Source of the DNA: Spirochaetota bacterium
Lineage (GTDB): Bacteria; Spirochaetota; Leptospiria; Leptospirales; Leptospiraceae
Length of the DNA stretch: 64,000 nucleotides
Assembly (NCBI GenBank): GCA_052033835.1
Contig: JBPOJG010000025.1
Coordinates: forward strand, 1,763 to 65,762
Direction: 5' to 3'
Under the pieces are notes generated by a model that was not told the DNA's origin, made no database searches, and saw nothing but the letters and a program-made list of their open reading frames with translations. Position 1 is the stretch's first letter. Every line of letters starts with the position of its first letter. Below are positions 16,611 to 25,396 of this stretch, in pieces. The translations under genes and the position numbers were made by a program.

Positions 16611-19025
16611 ATGTCCATCTCTGGAAAGAAAATACTCGGAATTGATGAGAATAAAGAAAACCTGATCGAATTAATTTCGAATATTATGGAAATCAGTCCT
16701 GTCGGAATGACAATCGTTGATTTCAAAGGAAATATTACTTATGCAAATTCCTGGGCAGTCAGGATATTCGGTTTAACAGAAGACGAAGTAACACAAAGAA
16801 CTTATAATACTCCAATATGGAAAATCACTGACTTCTCAGGCAATCCATTTCCGGAGGAGAAACTTCCCTTTAATCTGATAATGCGTTATGGCAAGCCTGT
16901 TGTGGACGTGCGACATGCAATTGAATGGCCGAATGGAAAAAGAGTTTATCTGTCTATCAATGCATCCCCTTTGAAAGATGATCAAGGAAACATAACCGGG
17001 ATGGTTGCGACAATTGATGATATCACTGATCGAATCAAAACAGAAGAAAAGCTGCAGCTCAACTATGAGGAACTCGCTGCAACAGAAGAAGAAATACGTT
17101 CAGCAAACAAAGAATTGATCATCTCTATTGCAAATGAGGAAAAAATCGGAAAACAGTATAAGCAGTTATTTGAAAATCTGACAGTCGGTTTTGCTCTGCA
17201 TGAAATAATATGTGATAAAAATAATATTCCGATTGATTATAAATTTATTCATGTGAATGCGGCATTTGAGCGTTTAACGGGCTTAAAGGCTTCTGAGATA
17301 AATGGAAAACGTGTTCTGGAAATACTTCCAAAAACAGAAATGTTCTGGATTGAGAAATACGGTCGGACTGCATTGACTGGTGAAGAAATGGAATTCGAAA
17401 ACTATTCAGTGGAGCTGAATAAATATTTCCATGTGCGTGCTTACTGTCCTCAGCTGAAACAGTTTGCTGTAATTATTGAAGATGTTACAGAGATGAAGCG
17501 GGGTGAGAAAGATTTAATACAGAAAAATCAGGAGTTAGCCGCCGCTTATGAAGAAATGCAGGCTTCATTTGAAGAGCTGGAAGCAGCTACGCGGGCATTG
17601 ACTGCTTCAAACTATGAGCTCAGGAAAACTGCACTGCTTCTGCAGTCAAGCATCGAAAGCCAAAAAGATATGATTATTTTGGCTATAGATAATAAATATA
17701 ATTATTTATATTTCAACAACACTCACAGAATTTCAATGCAGTATGCGTATGGAAAGGATGTAGAAGTCGGAATGAATATCCTGGACTGTATCACATCGGT
17801 CGATGACCTGAAGACTGCTGAGGAATACTATGACCGAGCACTGAATGGTGAATCTCATTCGAAAATTCAGGAGTTTGGAGATATTCAAAAATCATATTAT
17901 GAAAGTTTTTATAATCCTATCCGGAACAGTCAGAATGAAATTATAGGAATTACTGCCTTTGCAAGAGACATCACCGAACGCAGGCAGATGGAAAATGCAC
18001 TGCAGAAATCAGAAAAACGCTTCCGGGAACTGGTAGAAGGAATTCCTGGAATTGTATATTCGTTTTCCGGTAAAAAAGGCGGAGTATATTATTCGTCACA
18101 CGTTACAAAATTATTAGGATACACGCCTGAAGAATTGTATTCGCGGCCTTTTCTGTGGCAGAATTCCATTCATCCGGAAGACCTTCCTCTGATAAAACAG
18201 GCGATTGCGGAAGCATCGGAAAATAAACCATTTGATCTGGAATATCGAATTCGGGATGCAGATGGAAAATGGCACTGGTTTGATGATCGGTCATTTTATT
18301 ATCAGAAGGGCGACACTGATTTCACTATTGAAGGTATTGCACTGGATATTACAGAGCAGAAGGCGACTGAGGAAAGAATGCTTCAATCCCTGAATGAAAA
18401 AGAAACATTAATTCAGGAACTTTTTCACAGAACAAAAAATACCCTGCAATTGATAAGAGGAATGCTCATCCTTCAAGCCGTCGAATTTTCAGAGAATCTT
18501 GAGCTTCAAAAACTGGTGGATGATACTGAAAAAAGAATAATGGCAATCTCTCTTGTGCATCAGATGCTTTATCAGAAACAGGACTTGTCTCAAATTTCCA
18601 TAAAGGAATATATAGGGGACCTATCCTCTTTAATTATGGACAGCTTTAATGATACTAAGGACAGAATTTCTTTGAATATAAATATTATTGATCAATATTT
18701 TCTGCTCGACATAGCAGTTCCATTTGGATTGATAATAAGTGAACTTATGACTAATTCCTTAAAATACGGATTTCCGGAAAATAGAAAAGGGAACATATCC
18801 ATCAGTCTGTCCAATGACGGATCAGAAAAATATATTTTGCGATATTCGGACAATGGAGCAGGAGTTCCGTCCGGATTTGATTTTCGAAAACAAAGTACAT
18901 TGGGAATGAAACTTATCTTTGATATCGGAGAAATACAAATGAAAGGAAGAGTCAGTCTGGAAAATAAAGAAGGAGTCTCATGTTTTTTCGAATTTCCGAA
19001 AACTCTATACAAAGCGAGGGTTTGA
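16611..19025 (+). CDS. Multi-PAS sensor histidine kinase (HisKA_2/HWE-type)
   Basis: 804 aa with about four PAS/PAC modules (e.g. DITERRQMENALQKSEKRFREL). H-box LFHRTKNTLQLIRGML. HATPase_c region ELMTNSLKYGFPE...YSDNGAGVP. Confidence 0.9.
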   Translation: MSISGKKILGIDENKENLIELISNIMEISPVGMTIVDFKGNITYANSWAVRIFGLTEDEVTQRTYNTPIWKITDFSGNPFPEEKLPFNLIMRYGKPVVDVRHAIEWPNGKRVYLSINASPLKDDQGNITGMVATIDDITDRIKTEEKLQLNYEELAATEEEIRSANKELIISIANEEKIGKQYKQLFENLTVGFALHEIICDKNNIPIDYKFIHVNAAFERLTGLKASEINGKRVLEILPKTEMFWIEKYGRTALTGEEMEFENYSVELNKYFHVRAYCPQLKQFAVIIEDVTEMKRGEKDLIQKNQELAAAYEEMQASFEELEAATRALTASNYELRKTALLLQSSIESQKDMIILAIDNKYNYLYFNNTHRISMQYAYGKDVEVGMNILDCITSVDDLKTAEEYYDRALNGESHSKIQEFGDIQKSYYESFYNPIRNSQNEIIGITAFARDITERRQMENALQKSEKRFRELVEGIPGIVYSFSGKKGGVYYSSHVTKLLGYTPEELYSRPFLWQNSIHPEDLPLIKQAIAEASENKPFDLEYRIRDADGKWHWFDDRSFYYQKGDTDFTIEGIALDITEQKATEERMLQSLNEKETLIQELFHRTKNTLQLIRGMLILQAVEFSENLELQKLVDDTEKRIMAISLVHQMLYQKQDLSQISIKEYIGDLSSLIMDSFNDTKDRISLNINIIDQYFLLDIAVPFGLIISELMTNSLKYGFPENRKGNISISLSNDGSEKYILRYSDNGAGVPSGFDFRKQSTLGMKLIFDIGEIQMKGRVSLENKEGVSCFFEFPKTLYKARV

Positions 19026-19026
19026 A

Positions 19027-19404
19027 ATGAATATTCTGCTCGTTGAGGATGAAGTAATCACTGCAAGGGTTATGGCTTATCAATTTCAAAAAATCGGATA
19101 CAATATCACACATCATGTCGTGACAGGAGAAGAAGCAGTTGACTACGTAAAATTAAATTCCCCTGATCTCATTTTAATGGATATACGACTCGCGGGAAAA
19201 ATAGACGGAATTGAAGCAGCTGAGATGATTATAAAATCAGAAACTGGCATCCCTATTGTGTTTATTACCGGTTATGAAGACAGTCTGACTAAAGTTAGAG
19301 CAGAAAAATTTAAGCCTTTGGGATATTATATAAAACCTATAGATTTGGAAAAACTGAAGAATCTTTTAAATAATCATTTTGAAAATGGAAATATAAACCC
19401 TTAA
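19027..19404 (+). CDS. Single-domain response regulator (CheY-like receiver)
   Basis: MNILLVEDE...DLILMDIRL...PIVFITGY...KP. Starts 1 nt after the kinase stop. Confidence 0.9.
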   Translation: MNILLVEDEVITARVMAYQFQKIGYNITHHVVTGEEAVDYVKLNSPDLILMDIRLAGKIDGIEAAEMIIKSETGIPIVFITGYEDSLTKVRAEKFKPLGYYIKPIDLEKLKNLLNNHFENGNINP

Positions 19405-19584
19405 TCTGCAAAGTGATGCATTAGAAAAGGTTAAAAAAAAGAAAAATCCGTAATGTCCGTTATTTATCATTCTGTTTCTTCCCGCCCTTGTTCTCTGCCA
19501 AAGAGTTAGTCCGTTTTTCGAAGCAGACTCAGGAGCTTCTGGCCTTATTGCCGGAAAGAGTTTCGTCTTCAAAGGTAGTGCTTG

Positions 19585-20073
19585 ATGATAATTTCTAATG
19601 ATCGTGCATATGTCTGGATTTTTCTGCCGGGTGCAAGTGATCCTGTTCCGGCAGGACTGATTCAGAAGAAGGAAGACAAATACTTTTTCACCTATGGGCA
19701 GAGTTATCTGAAAAGAAAGAACTCTATCCCCATTTTTGCACATGAGCTTCCGCTTCAATATGGAACATTCGAGCCCAAGTGGGACATAGCATCCTGTCTG
19801 AGAGATGCAGCGCCTGATGCCTGGGGCAGACTGATTCACTGTATCAGTGCCTCGGAACATTTTCAGTTGAGCATTGAGGAATCTGTAAAGATTATTAATC
19901 ATTTAATTTCATCAATACTTCATTACTGGAAGCCTGTATCCGATGAGGCTGGGCTGTCTGTGTCAGAGAAAAATTTCTTCCGGAAAAATCAGTTTCTGAA
20001 TCCATACATATTTCAGGAATTAGGAGATTATGCAGATAGAATAACAATATGGAGCCATACGAACGATTGCTGA
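19585..20073 (+). pseudogene. HipA-family toxin remnant (N-terminal domain plus short C-terminal piece, kinase core missing)
   Basis: VWIFLPGASDPVPAGLIQKKEDKYFFTYGQSYL...ELPLQ...LRDAAPDAWGRLI resembles the HipA N-terminal domain. At 163 aa it is far shorter than the usual ~400+ aa, and no catalytic-loop motifs are seen. Confidence 0.5.
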
Positions 20074-20201
20074 AGACAGAAAACTGTTTGAAAGAAACTT
20101 AGTACACAGATAGTCCTCCTCACTTAGAGATGTGGAGTTTTTTTATAAAGGGAAATGAATTTTGCGTTGCAGGAAATTTAAAAAAATATTCTTGTATCCC
20201 A

Positions 20202-21641
20202 ATGCTGAGAAAACTTTACATTCTAATCATCATTTTTTTTTCCTTCTGCAAACCCCACCTCAGTAAATCCTTCGGACATTATTCCGGTTTATCGGGAATC
20301 TTTATTACTTCTGGACAACCGCCTACACTCAGTTATCAGGCAGCCTCGTATGCATTTACCCAAAATGTGGCGGTTCCTGCAATCACACCGACTGTGACAG
20401 GAACAATCACAAGCTGCAGATCTACTCCTGCGATGCCTTCGGGATTGGGTTTGAACAATACGACCTGTGCAATCAGCGGGACACCCACGAGTATCCAAGC
20501 ATCAGCTTATTATACAATTACAGCAGCAAATGCCTACGGGAATAAGACAGCAGCCATTTCCATTCTTGTAAATTACTTCCAAGATTGGTCAGCAATTCAG
20601 TCGACTTTACAAGCACAGGCTGCACTTGGTAAGAGTGCAAATGAAACAGCAAATGGTGCTGCAATTACCGGGTTGGGAGGTGGAAACAAATGGCAGGGAG
20701 GAGTGCTTGCTCCCAATGGAAAGATTTATGGAATTCCATGGGATTCTGGCAGTGTATTAATTATAGATCCAAGTACAAATACATCAGATATTTCTACGAT
20801 TACAGGATTGACAGGCGCTCTTAAATGGCTTGGTGGTGTGCTTGCTCCCAATGGAAAGATTTATGGAATTCCTTATGATTCAACCAGTGTATTGATTATA
20901 GATCCGACTGCGAATACAGCAGATACCACTACGATTTCCGGATTGACAGGTACTTGTAAATGGATTGGAGGAGTGCTTGCCCCCAATGGAAAGATTTATG
21001 GAATACCTGGTGATTCAACAAGTGTATTGATCATAGATCCGACATCTAATTCAGTCGATACTGCTGCGATCAGCGGACTAAGTGGTTCGCAAAAATGGAT
21101 GGGAGGAGTGCTTGCTCCCAATGGAAAAATCTATGGAATTCCGCGTGATTCTAATAATGTTTTGGTCATAGACCCAACTGTGAATACAGCAGCGACCTTC
21201 AGCAGCGGATTGACGGGAACTGCTAAATTTCATGGAGGTGTTCTTGCTCCGAGCGGAAAGATCTATGGAATTCCTAACAATTCAACAAGTGTACTGATCA
21301 TAGACCCGACTGCGAATACAGCAGATGGGACTACGATTTCCGGATTGACAGGAACTACTAAATGGGTTGGAGGTGCCCTTGCTCCCAATGGGAAGATCTA
21401 TGGAATACCATGGGATTCTAGCAGTGTATTAATTATAGATCCGACTGCGAATACTGCTGATACAACTGCAATGACCGGGCTGGGAGTTGGCGGCACTAAA
21501 TGGATTGGAGGTGTCCTTGCTCCCAATGGAAAAATCTATGGAATTCCTTTTACTCAGACCAGTGCGCTGATCATTGACCCAAAATCCAACGGTTTCTGGC
21601 CAAATGATCTCTATCTGTCACCGTATTTTAATAAGTTTTGA
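20202..21641 (+). CDS. Lipoprotein with an Ig-like (He_PIG-type) segment and seven ~45-aa tandem repeats (probable 7-bladed beta-propeller)
   Basis: Lipobox (IIIFFSFC). ITPTVTGTITSCRSTPAMPSGLGLNNTTCAISGTPT. Seven copies of KWxGGVLAPNGKIYGIPxDSxSVLIIDPTxNTADTTxISGLTG with a 132-135-nt period. Confidence 0.85.
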   Translation: MLRKLYILIIIFFSFCKPHLSKSFGHYSGLSGIFITSGQPPTLSYQAASYAFTQNVAVPAITPTVTGTITSCRSTPAMPSGLGLNNTTCAISGTPTSIQASAYYTITAANAYGNKTAAISILVNYFQDWSAIQSTLQAQAALGKSANETANGAAITGLGGGNKWQGGVLAPNGKIYGIPWDSGSVLIIDPSTNTSDISTITGLTGALKWLGGVLAPNGKIYGIPYDSTSVLIIDPTANTADTTTISGLTGTCKWIGGVLAPNGKIYGIPGDSTSVLIIDPTSNSVDTAAISGLSGSQKWMGGVLAPNGKIYGIPRDSNNVLVIDPTVNTAATFSSGLTGTAKFHGGVLAPSGKIYGIPNNSTSVLIIDPTANTADGTTISGLTGTTKWVGGALAPNGKIYGIPWDSSSVLIIDPTANTADTTAMTGLGVGGTKWIGGVLAPNGKIYGIPFTQTSALIIDPKSNGFWPNDLYLSPYFNKF

Positions 21642-21982
21642 TGAAAGCATACTCCAACACGCAAGCATAGAAACACCCGTCGGCAGACAGGCTAGTAAAG
21701 CGAGCGGCTGCGCAGATTTTTTCGACAGAGAAGTTGCAGAACTGCGGGCAGTTTAAGAAACTGTGTGATAAAAAAGATTTTTAATAATTAATTTTAATTA
21801 TAATAAAATAAAAAATAAATCAGAACACCGAAATTTCTGTCATGGATGAACCTCTGATTTCTTTGATAAATATCAAAGACTTTTTGGCCAGTTCAGGAAT
21901 TTTTCAGTTGACTTTGGAAATAAGAAAGCAGATAAATAAATCAAGCCGCAAGGCAAAACGAAAATCAGAATCGGAGAAAACA

Positions 21983-22771
21983 ATGTTAAAGAAAATCAAC
22001 GCAGTCCTTTTTACTTCCCTCATCCTCGGTGCAGCTCAGTTAAGTGCAGCATCAGTCACTGTATTTGTCCACGGCAAGTCAGGCAAGAACCACAACGGAA
22101 CAGGCACAACTGATGTGAACAGCTACTGGGGTGCAAATGCAAACACTGTATCCGGCACAAAATACTTTGTGGGATACGACGGGACATCTGATCCAAGAAC
22201 TTACGGAACTGCCCGTGCTCAGACAAATCTGACAACTGTAATGGTAAATATCTGCAAGACAAATACCTGCAAAATCGTATGTCACAGTGCAGGATGTTAT
22301 GCAACTGAATACTGGCTTTCCAATCTCGGCGGATCTGCTGCAAGTAAGGGTTATCAAATTTCCGGCGTAACTGCTCTGGCTGCTGCTTCTGGTGGATCTG
22401 AACTCGCATCTGCACTGAATGGAATCACTTTCGGTTATTCCGGAAATGCAATGGACAAGGCTCTCATCGTAAACACAGCAAGATCTTCCTTCAATCACAA
22501 CAACACTGCAGGTGTAACCATCTCTCATGTTCCAGGATACAAGGGAATGGCAGGTGCATCTCTGATTCTCCCAGGTGAGGATGATTATGCAGTAGCTTAT
22601 CACTCTTCATGCGGTTACAATATTGCAGGCGGTGCTTCAAAATGCCAAAGTTCTCTTTCTGAAGGCGGAAAAACTTTCATCCAGTTTACCGGTCACGTAA
22701 GGGCTCCTTCAGTTCCTGTTCAGGGACTCTATGAAAATCATGGAGAACTGACAAACGACGGTTGGAGATAA
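21983..22771 (+). CDS. Secreted alpha/beta-hydrolase (lipase/esterase-like)
   Basis: GGAGAAAACA then ATG at 21983. Signal peptide MLKKINAVLFTSLILGAAQLSAAS. VFVHGKSG, a nucleophile-elbow-like CHSAG, GEDDYAV and ENHGEL suggest a Ser-Asp-His triad. Confidence 0.65.
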   Translation: MLKKINAVLFTSLILGAAQLSAASVTVFVHGKSGKNHNGTGTTDVNSYWGANANTVSGTKYFVGYDGTSDPRTYGTARAQTNLTTVMVNICKTNTCKIVCHSAGCYATEYWLSNLGGSAASKGYQISGVTALAAASGGSELASALNGITFGYSGNAMDKALIVNTARSSFNHNNTAGVTISHVPGYKGMAGASLILPGEDDYAVAYHSSCGYNIAGGASKCQSSLSEGGKTFIQFTGHVRAPSVPVQGLYENHGELTNDGWR

Positions 22772-22795
22772 TCTATAATTAAATAATAACCCTCA

Positions 22796-22825
22796 CCCGT
22801 GCAGTCCCGCTGCATGGGTTTTTTT
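22796..22825. terminator. Rho-independent terminator between convergent genes
   Basis: cccgtgcag-tcccg-ctgcatggg forms a 9-bp stem with one G-U pair, followed by T7. It lies between the lipase stop (22771) and the MFS gene stop (22846). Confidence 0.7.
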
Positions 22826-22845
22826 ATGTACAGATCATACTATTC

Positions 22846-24348
22846 TTACGCAGTTTCCGCTTTTAGAAATGTTCTTCTGAAAATCAAAAGTCCAATCGGT
22901 GAAAGAACTGACATTCCCCCAATCCAAATCCATATCAGATATTGATCAGGAAAGGATGATGCACCGGAAGGTGCGTATCTGACAATAAGCCATCCTGACA
23001 TTGGGCCTGCAATCATTTTTGCAAGAAAGTAGGGCAGGTATGATAAAGCCAGATATGTGCCTTCCTTTCCTTCCGGTGCAATCTCTGCTGAGAATTGAAA
23101 AAGTCGAGGCGACCATATTGCCTCACCGACTGTAAAAACTATTATGAATAATATAAGTCCAAATATAATTGGATTCTGTCTGTCGGGAGTCAGCTCAAGC
23201 CACTGAATCAGAATCAGATCTCCAATCCAGGTATTCAAAAAAGGTGCGAAAACCGAAGAGGGCAGGGCTGCGATGAATATGGATAAAGCGGAAACTGCAG
23301 TTCCTATAGTCAGCATATAATAAGAGCGGATCTCCTTCGTCAGATGTGCAGTCAGCGGAACAAGAAAAACAATCAGCACAGGATTTAATATTCCATATAT
23401 ATTGCCTATTTTTATCCCTTCTCCAAGAACCCGGATTCCGTACTTTGGAAAGGTATAATGAAAATGATAGAATACGAGTTTTATGAATACGAGGATTCCG
23501 AGCATAAACAGATAAACCCAGAATGATCTTTCTGTAAATACTTCCTTCATAATAGTAAATGTATCAATAGAGGATTTTTTTACTGCCAGGAACAGTTCAG
23601 AAGAGGTTCTTTTTTCCGGTGCGTCAGTGACCTCAATAGATATGTTTTCGTCACTGTCCATCTGAACTCCGTCTCTCATCAGAAGAATGAGAAGAAGCGT
23701 AGGTATGGAAAGAAGAAAGCTGACTGCGAATATAATCTGATATGTGGACATATTGACTGAAAGCAGCGGGATCTTTACATAACTGTGTTCTCCGAAGACA
23801 GTTCTTATTTTGTCGAATGTGTATCCTCCCAGTGCAAAACCTGTATTCATCAATGTATAAAAGAGTCCGAACCCGAGTGCGGCACTTTTCTTTGTCGTAT
23901 ACTTTTTGATGCCCACAGAAAGGACAGGTCCAAGAAGAGCATTGCCTGCAGCGACCGGAATGAATGCAAGCAGAGTGGTTATCCAGAGATTCGATGTGAA
24001 CGGCATCACCAGTCTGCCTAAAAGAAGGAAAGACATTCCTATAATAAGAGTTTTTCTTATTCCGACTGCATCTACGACAGAACCCACCAGGATGGAAAAA
24101 CAGGTGAGAAGCATTGACCAGGTTCCGATGTACGAACCTGCCTGCACATCGCCCAGACCGCAGTCTTCGGAGAGGTACAGAACAAATGTCATATTGGATG
24201 CTCCGTATGCTGCATACTCAATCAGTTTGGCTCCGAAAAGTATCCAGATTTCTCTTGGGGAATTTTTCAGTCCTTTTGCATAATTCCATATTATATAGGA
24301 AAATCCGAAAAGAAGAACTGCGGTTGAAAAAGTCAGAATAATGTTCAT
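22846..24348 (-). CDS. MFS transporter (POT/PTR2-like N-terminal signature)
   Basis: 500 aa with at least 12 TM segments. WILFGAKLIEYAAYGASNMTFVLYL...GSVVDAVGIRKTLIIG parallels the POT ExxERFxYYG / ADrxxG region. Confidence 0.75.
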   Translation of the reverse strand: MNIILTFSTAVLLFGFSYIIWNYAKGLKNSPREIWILFGAKLIEYAAYGASNMTFVLYLSEDCGLGDVQAGSYIGTWSMLLTCFSILVGSVVDAVGIRKTLIIGMSFLLLGRLVMPFTSNLWITTLLAFIPVAAGNALLGPVLSVGIKKYTTKKSAALGFGLFYTLMNTGFALGGYTFDKIRTVFGEHSYVKIPLLSVNMSTYQIIFAVSFLLSIPTLLLILLMRDGVQMDSDENISIEVTDAPEKRTSSELFLAVKKSSIDTFTIMKEVFTERSFWVYLFMLGILVFIKLVFYHFHYTFPKYGIRVLGEGIKIGNIYGILNPVLIVFLVPLTAHLTKEIRSYYMLTIGTAVSALSIFIAALPSSVFAPFLNTWIGDLILIQWLELTPDRQNPIIFGLILFIIVFTVGEAIWSPRLFQFSAEIAPEGKEGTYLALSYLPYFLAKMIAGPMSGWLIVRYAPSGASSFPDQYLIWIWIGGMSVLSPIGLLIFRRTFLKAETA

Positions 24349-24349
24349 A

Positions 24350-25042
24350 TTATCTGTCCGAATTTATAAAAAAAGAGATAAAATATTTTATAAAATGAAG
24401 TCCTTGCTTGGATTCATGAAATTCTTCAGGGTGCGACTGGACTGAAAACGCAGGAAATTTTTTGTGCATCAGTCCCTCAATTCTGCATTTTTCGCCCGTG
24501 CAGCAGACTTCAAGAAATTCGCTGTTGACCGTTTTTACTTCCTGCTCATGTTTTGCCTTTGAAATGAACTGATCCAGTCCTCCAAGAAGATTTTTCAGTC
24601 TCTCCTGAGTGACTTTGATATTCCTGAATTCATTGTATTTTCCCTCAGGTATCTGCTCTCTGTCTTTTACGAAATCTATCTCTGATCCGTAAATCCATCC
24701 AAAAAGCTGATGCGAAAAACAGATTCCCAGGAATGGAATACTCTTTTCTATGATGCAGTTTTTCAGATCTTCTCCAAATTTATTAATCCATTCAGGTCTG
24801 TCCGTGATATTTACATAACTGCCGAGAGAAATCACTCCAATGACTTTTTTATTATCCTGAATCATACGAGACATATATTCCTGTAAAGTTCTGTCTGAAT
24901 ACAGCGGGAAAAAAAGTTCGAGATGGGATTCCACTGTTTTTAATTCTTTCTGCACCATACAGTGCAGATGTGAGATCGTATTGAATGCTGCTGCTGCGGG
25001 CTGTCTTAAAAACGGGTCTATAACTAAAATGACTTTACTCAT
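24350..25042 (-). CDS. Class I glutamine amidotransferase-like protein
   Basis: PFLGICFSHQL (nucleophile Cys) and FSVQSHPE (His/Glu). The stop lies 1 nt upstream of the MFS gene start. Confidence 0.75.
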   Translation of the reverse strand: MSKVILVIDPFLRQPAAAAFNTISHLHCMVQKELKTVESHLELFFPLYSDRTLQEYMSRMIQDNKKVIGVISLGSYVNITDRPEWINKFGEDLKNCIIEKSIPFLGICFSHQLFGWIYGSEIDFVKDREQIPEGKYNEFRNIKVTQERLKNLLGGLDQFISKAKHEQEVKTVNSEFLEVCCTGEKCRIEGLMHKKFPAFSVQSHPEEFHESKQGLHFIKYFISFFINSDR

Positions 25043-25396
25043 TGATTTTCCTTCTGTACGGGCACTGCTTTATCATTTATTCAGAAACAGGAAACACAGT
25101 CAATTCCAGATCTGATCCAAAAGCCTTCCCGTAACTTTTGTAAAGGTCCCCAGTGACTACTCTGTTTTAAGTAGTAGATATCACCTAGCATCAAAAAACT
25201 GAAGCAGAATAAAAATCTGAAAGGGAAGGAGGAATCTGTTCTCTTTCTAAATCTGAGAAAGTTGAAATTTATTTAGCTTGCCTGTCTGGAGAGAAACTGC
25301 GAACTTTTATTTTGGGATAATTCTTCTGAGTATTCCAATGTAAGGAAAAATATAACTCTGTATGTGTGATTTTTTAAGGACCCGGGGGTATCTGAT

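Noticed and set aside
19366-19902. A 178-aa minus-strand ORF.
   Set aside because: It runs antisense to the response-regulator 3' end and the HipA-like remnant. It has no motifs and an odd composition, so it is probably spurious.
22056-22603. Two overlapping minus-strand ORFs (119 and 174 aa) inside the lipase-like gene.
   Set aside because: They run antisense to an ORF that has an RBS, a signal peptide and a catalytic-triad pattern. Their Cys/Arg-rich composition is typical of reading a GC-richer gene backwards.
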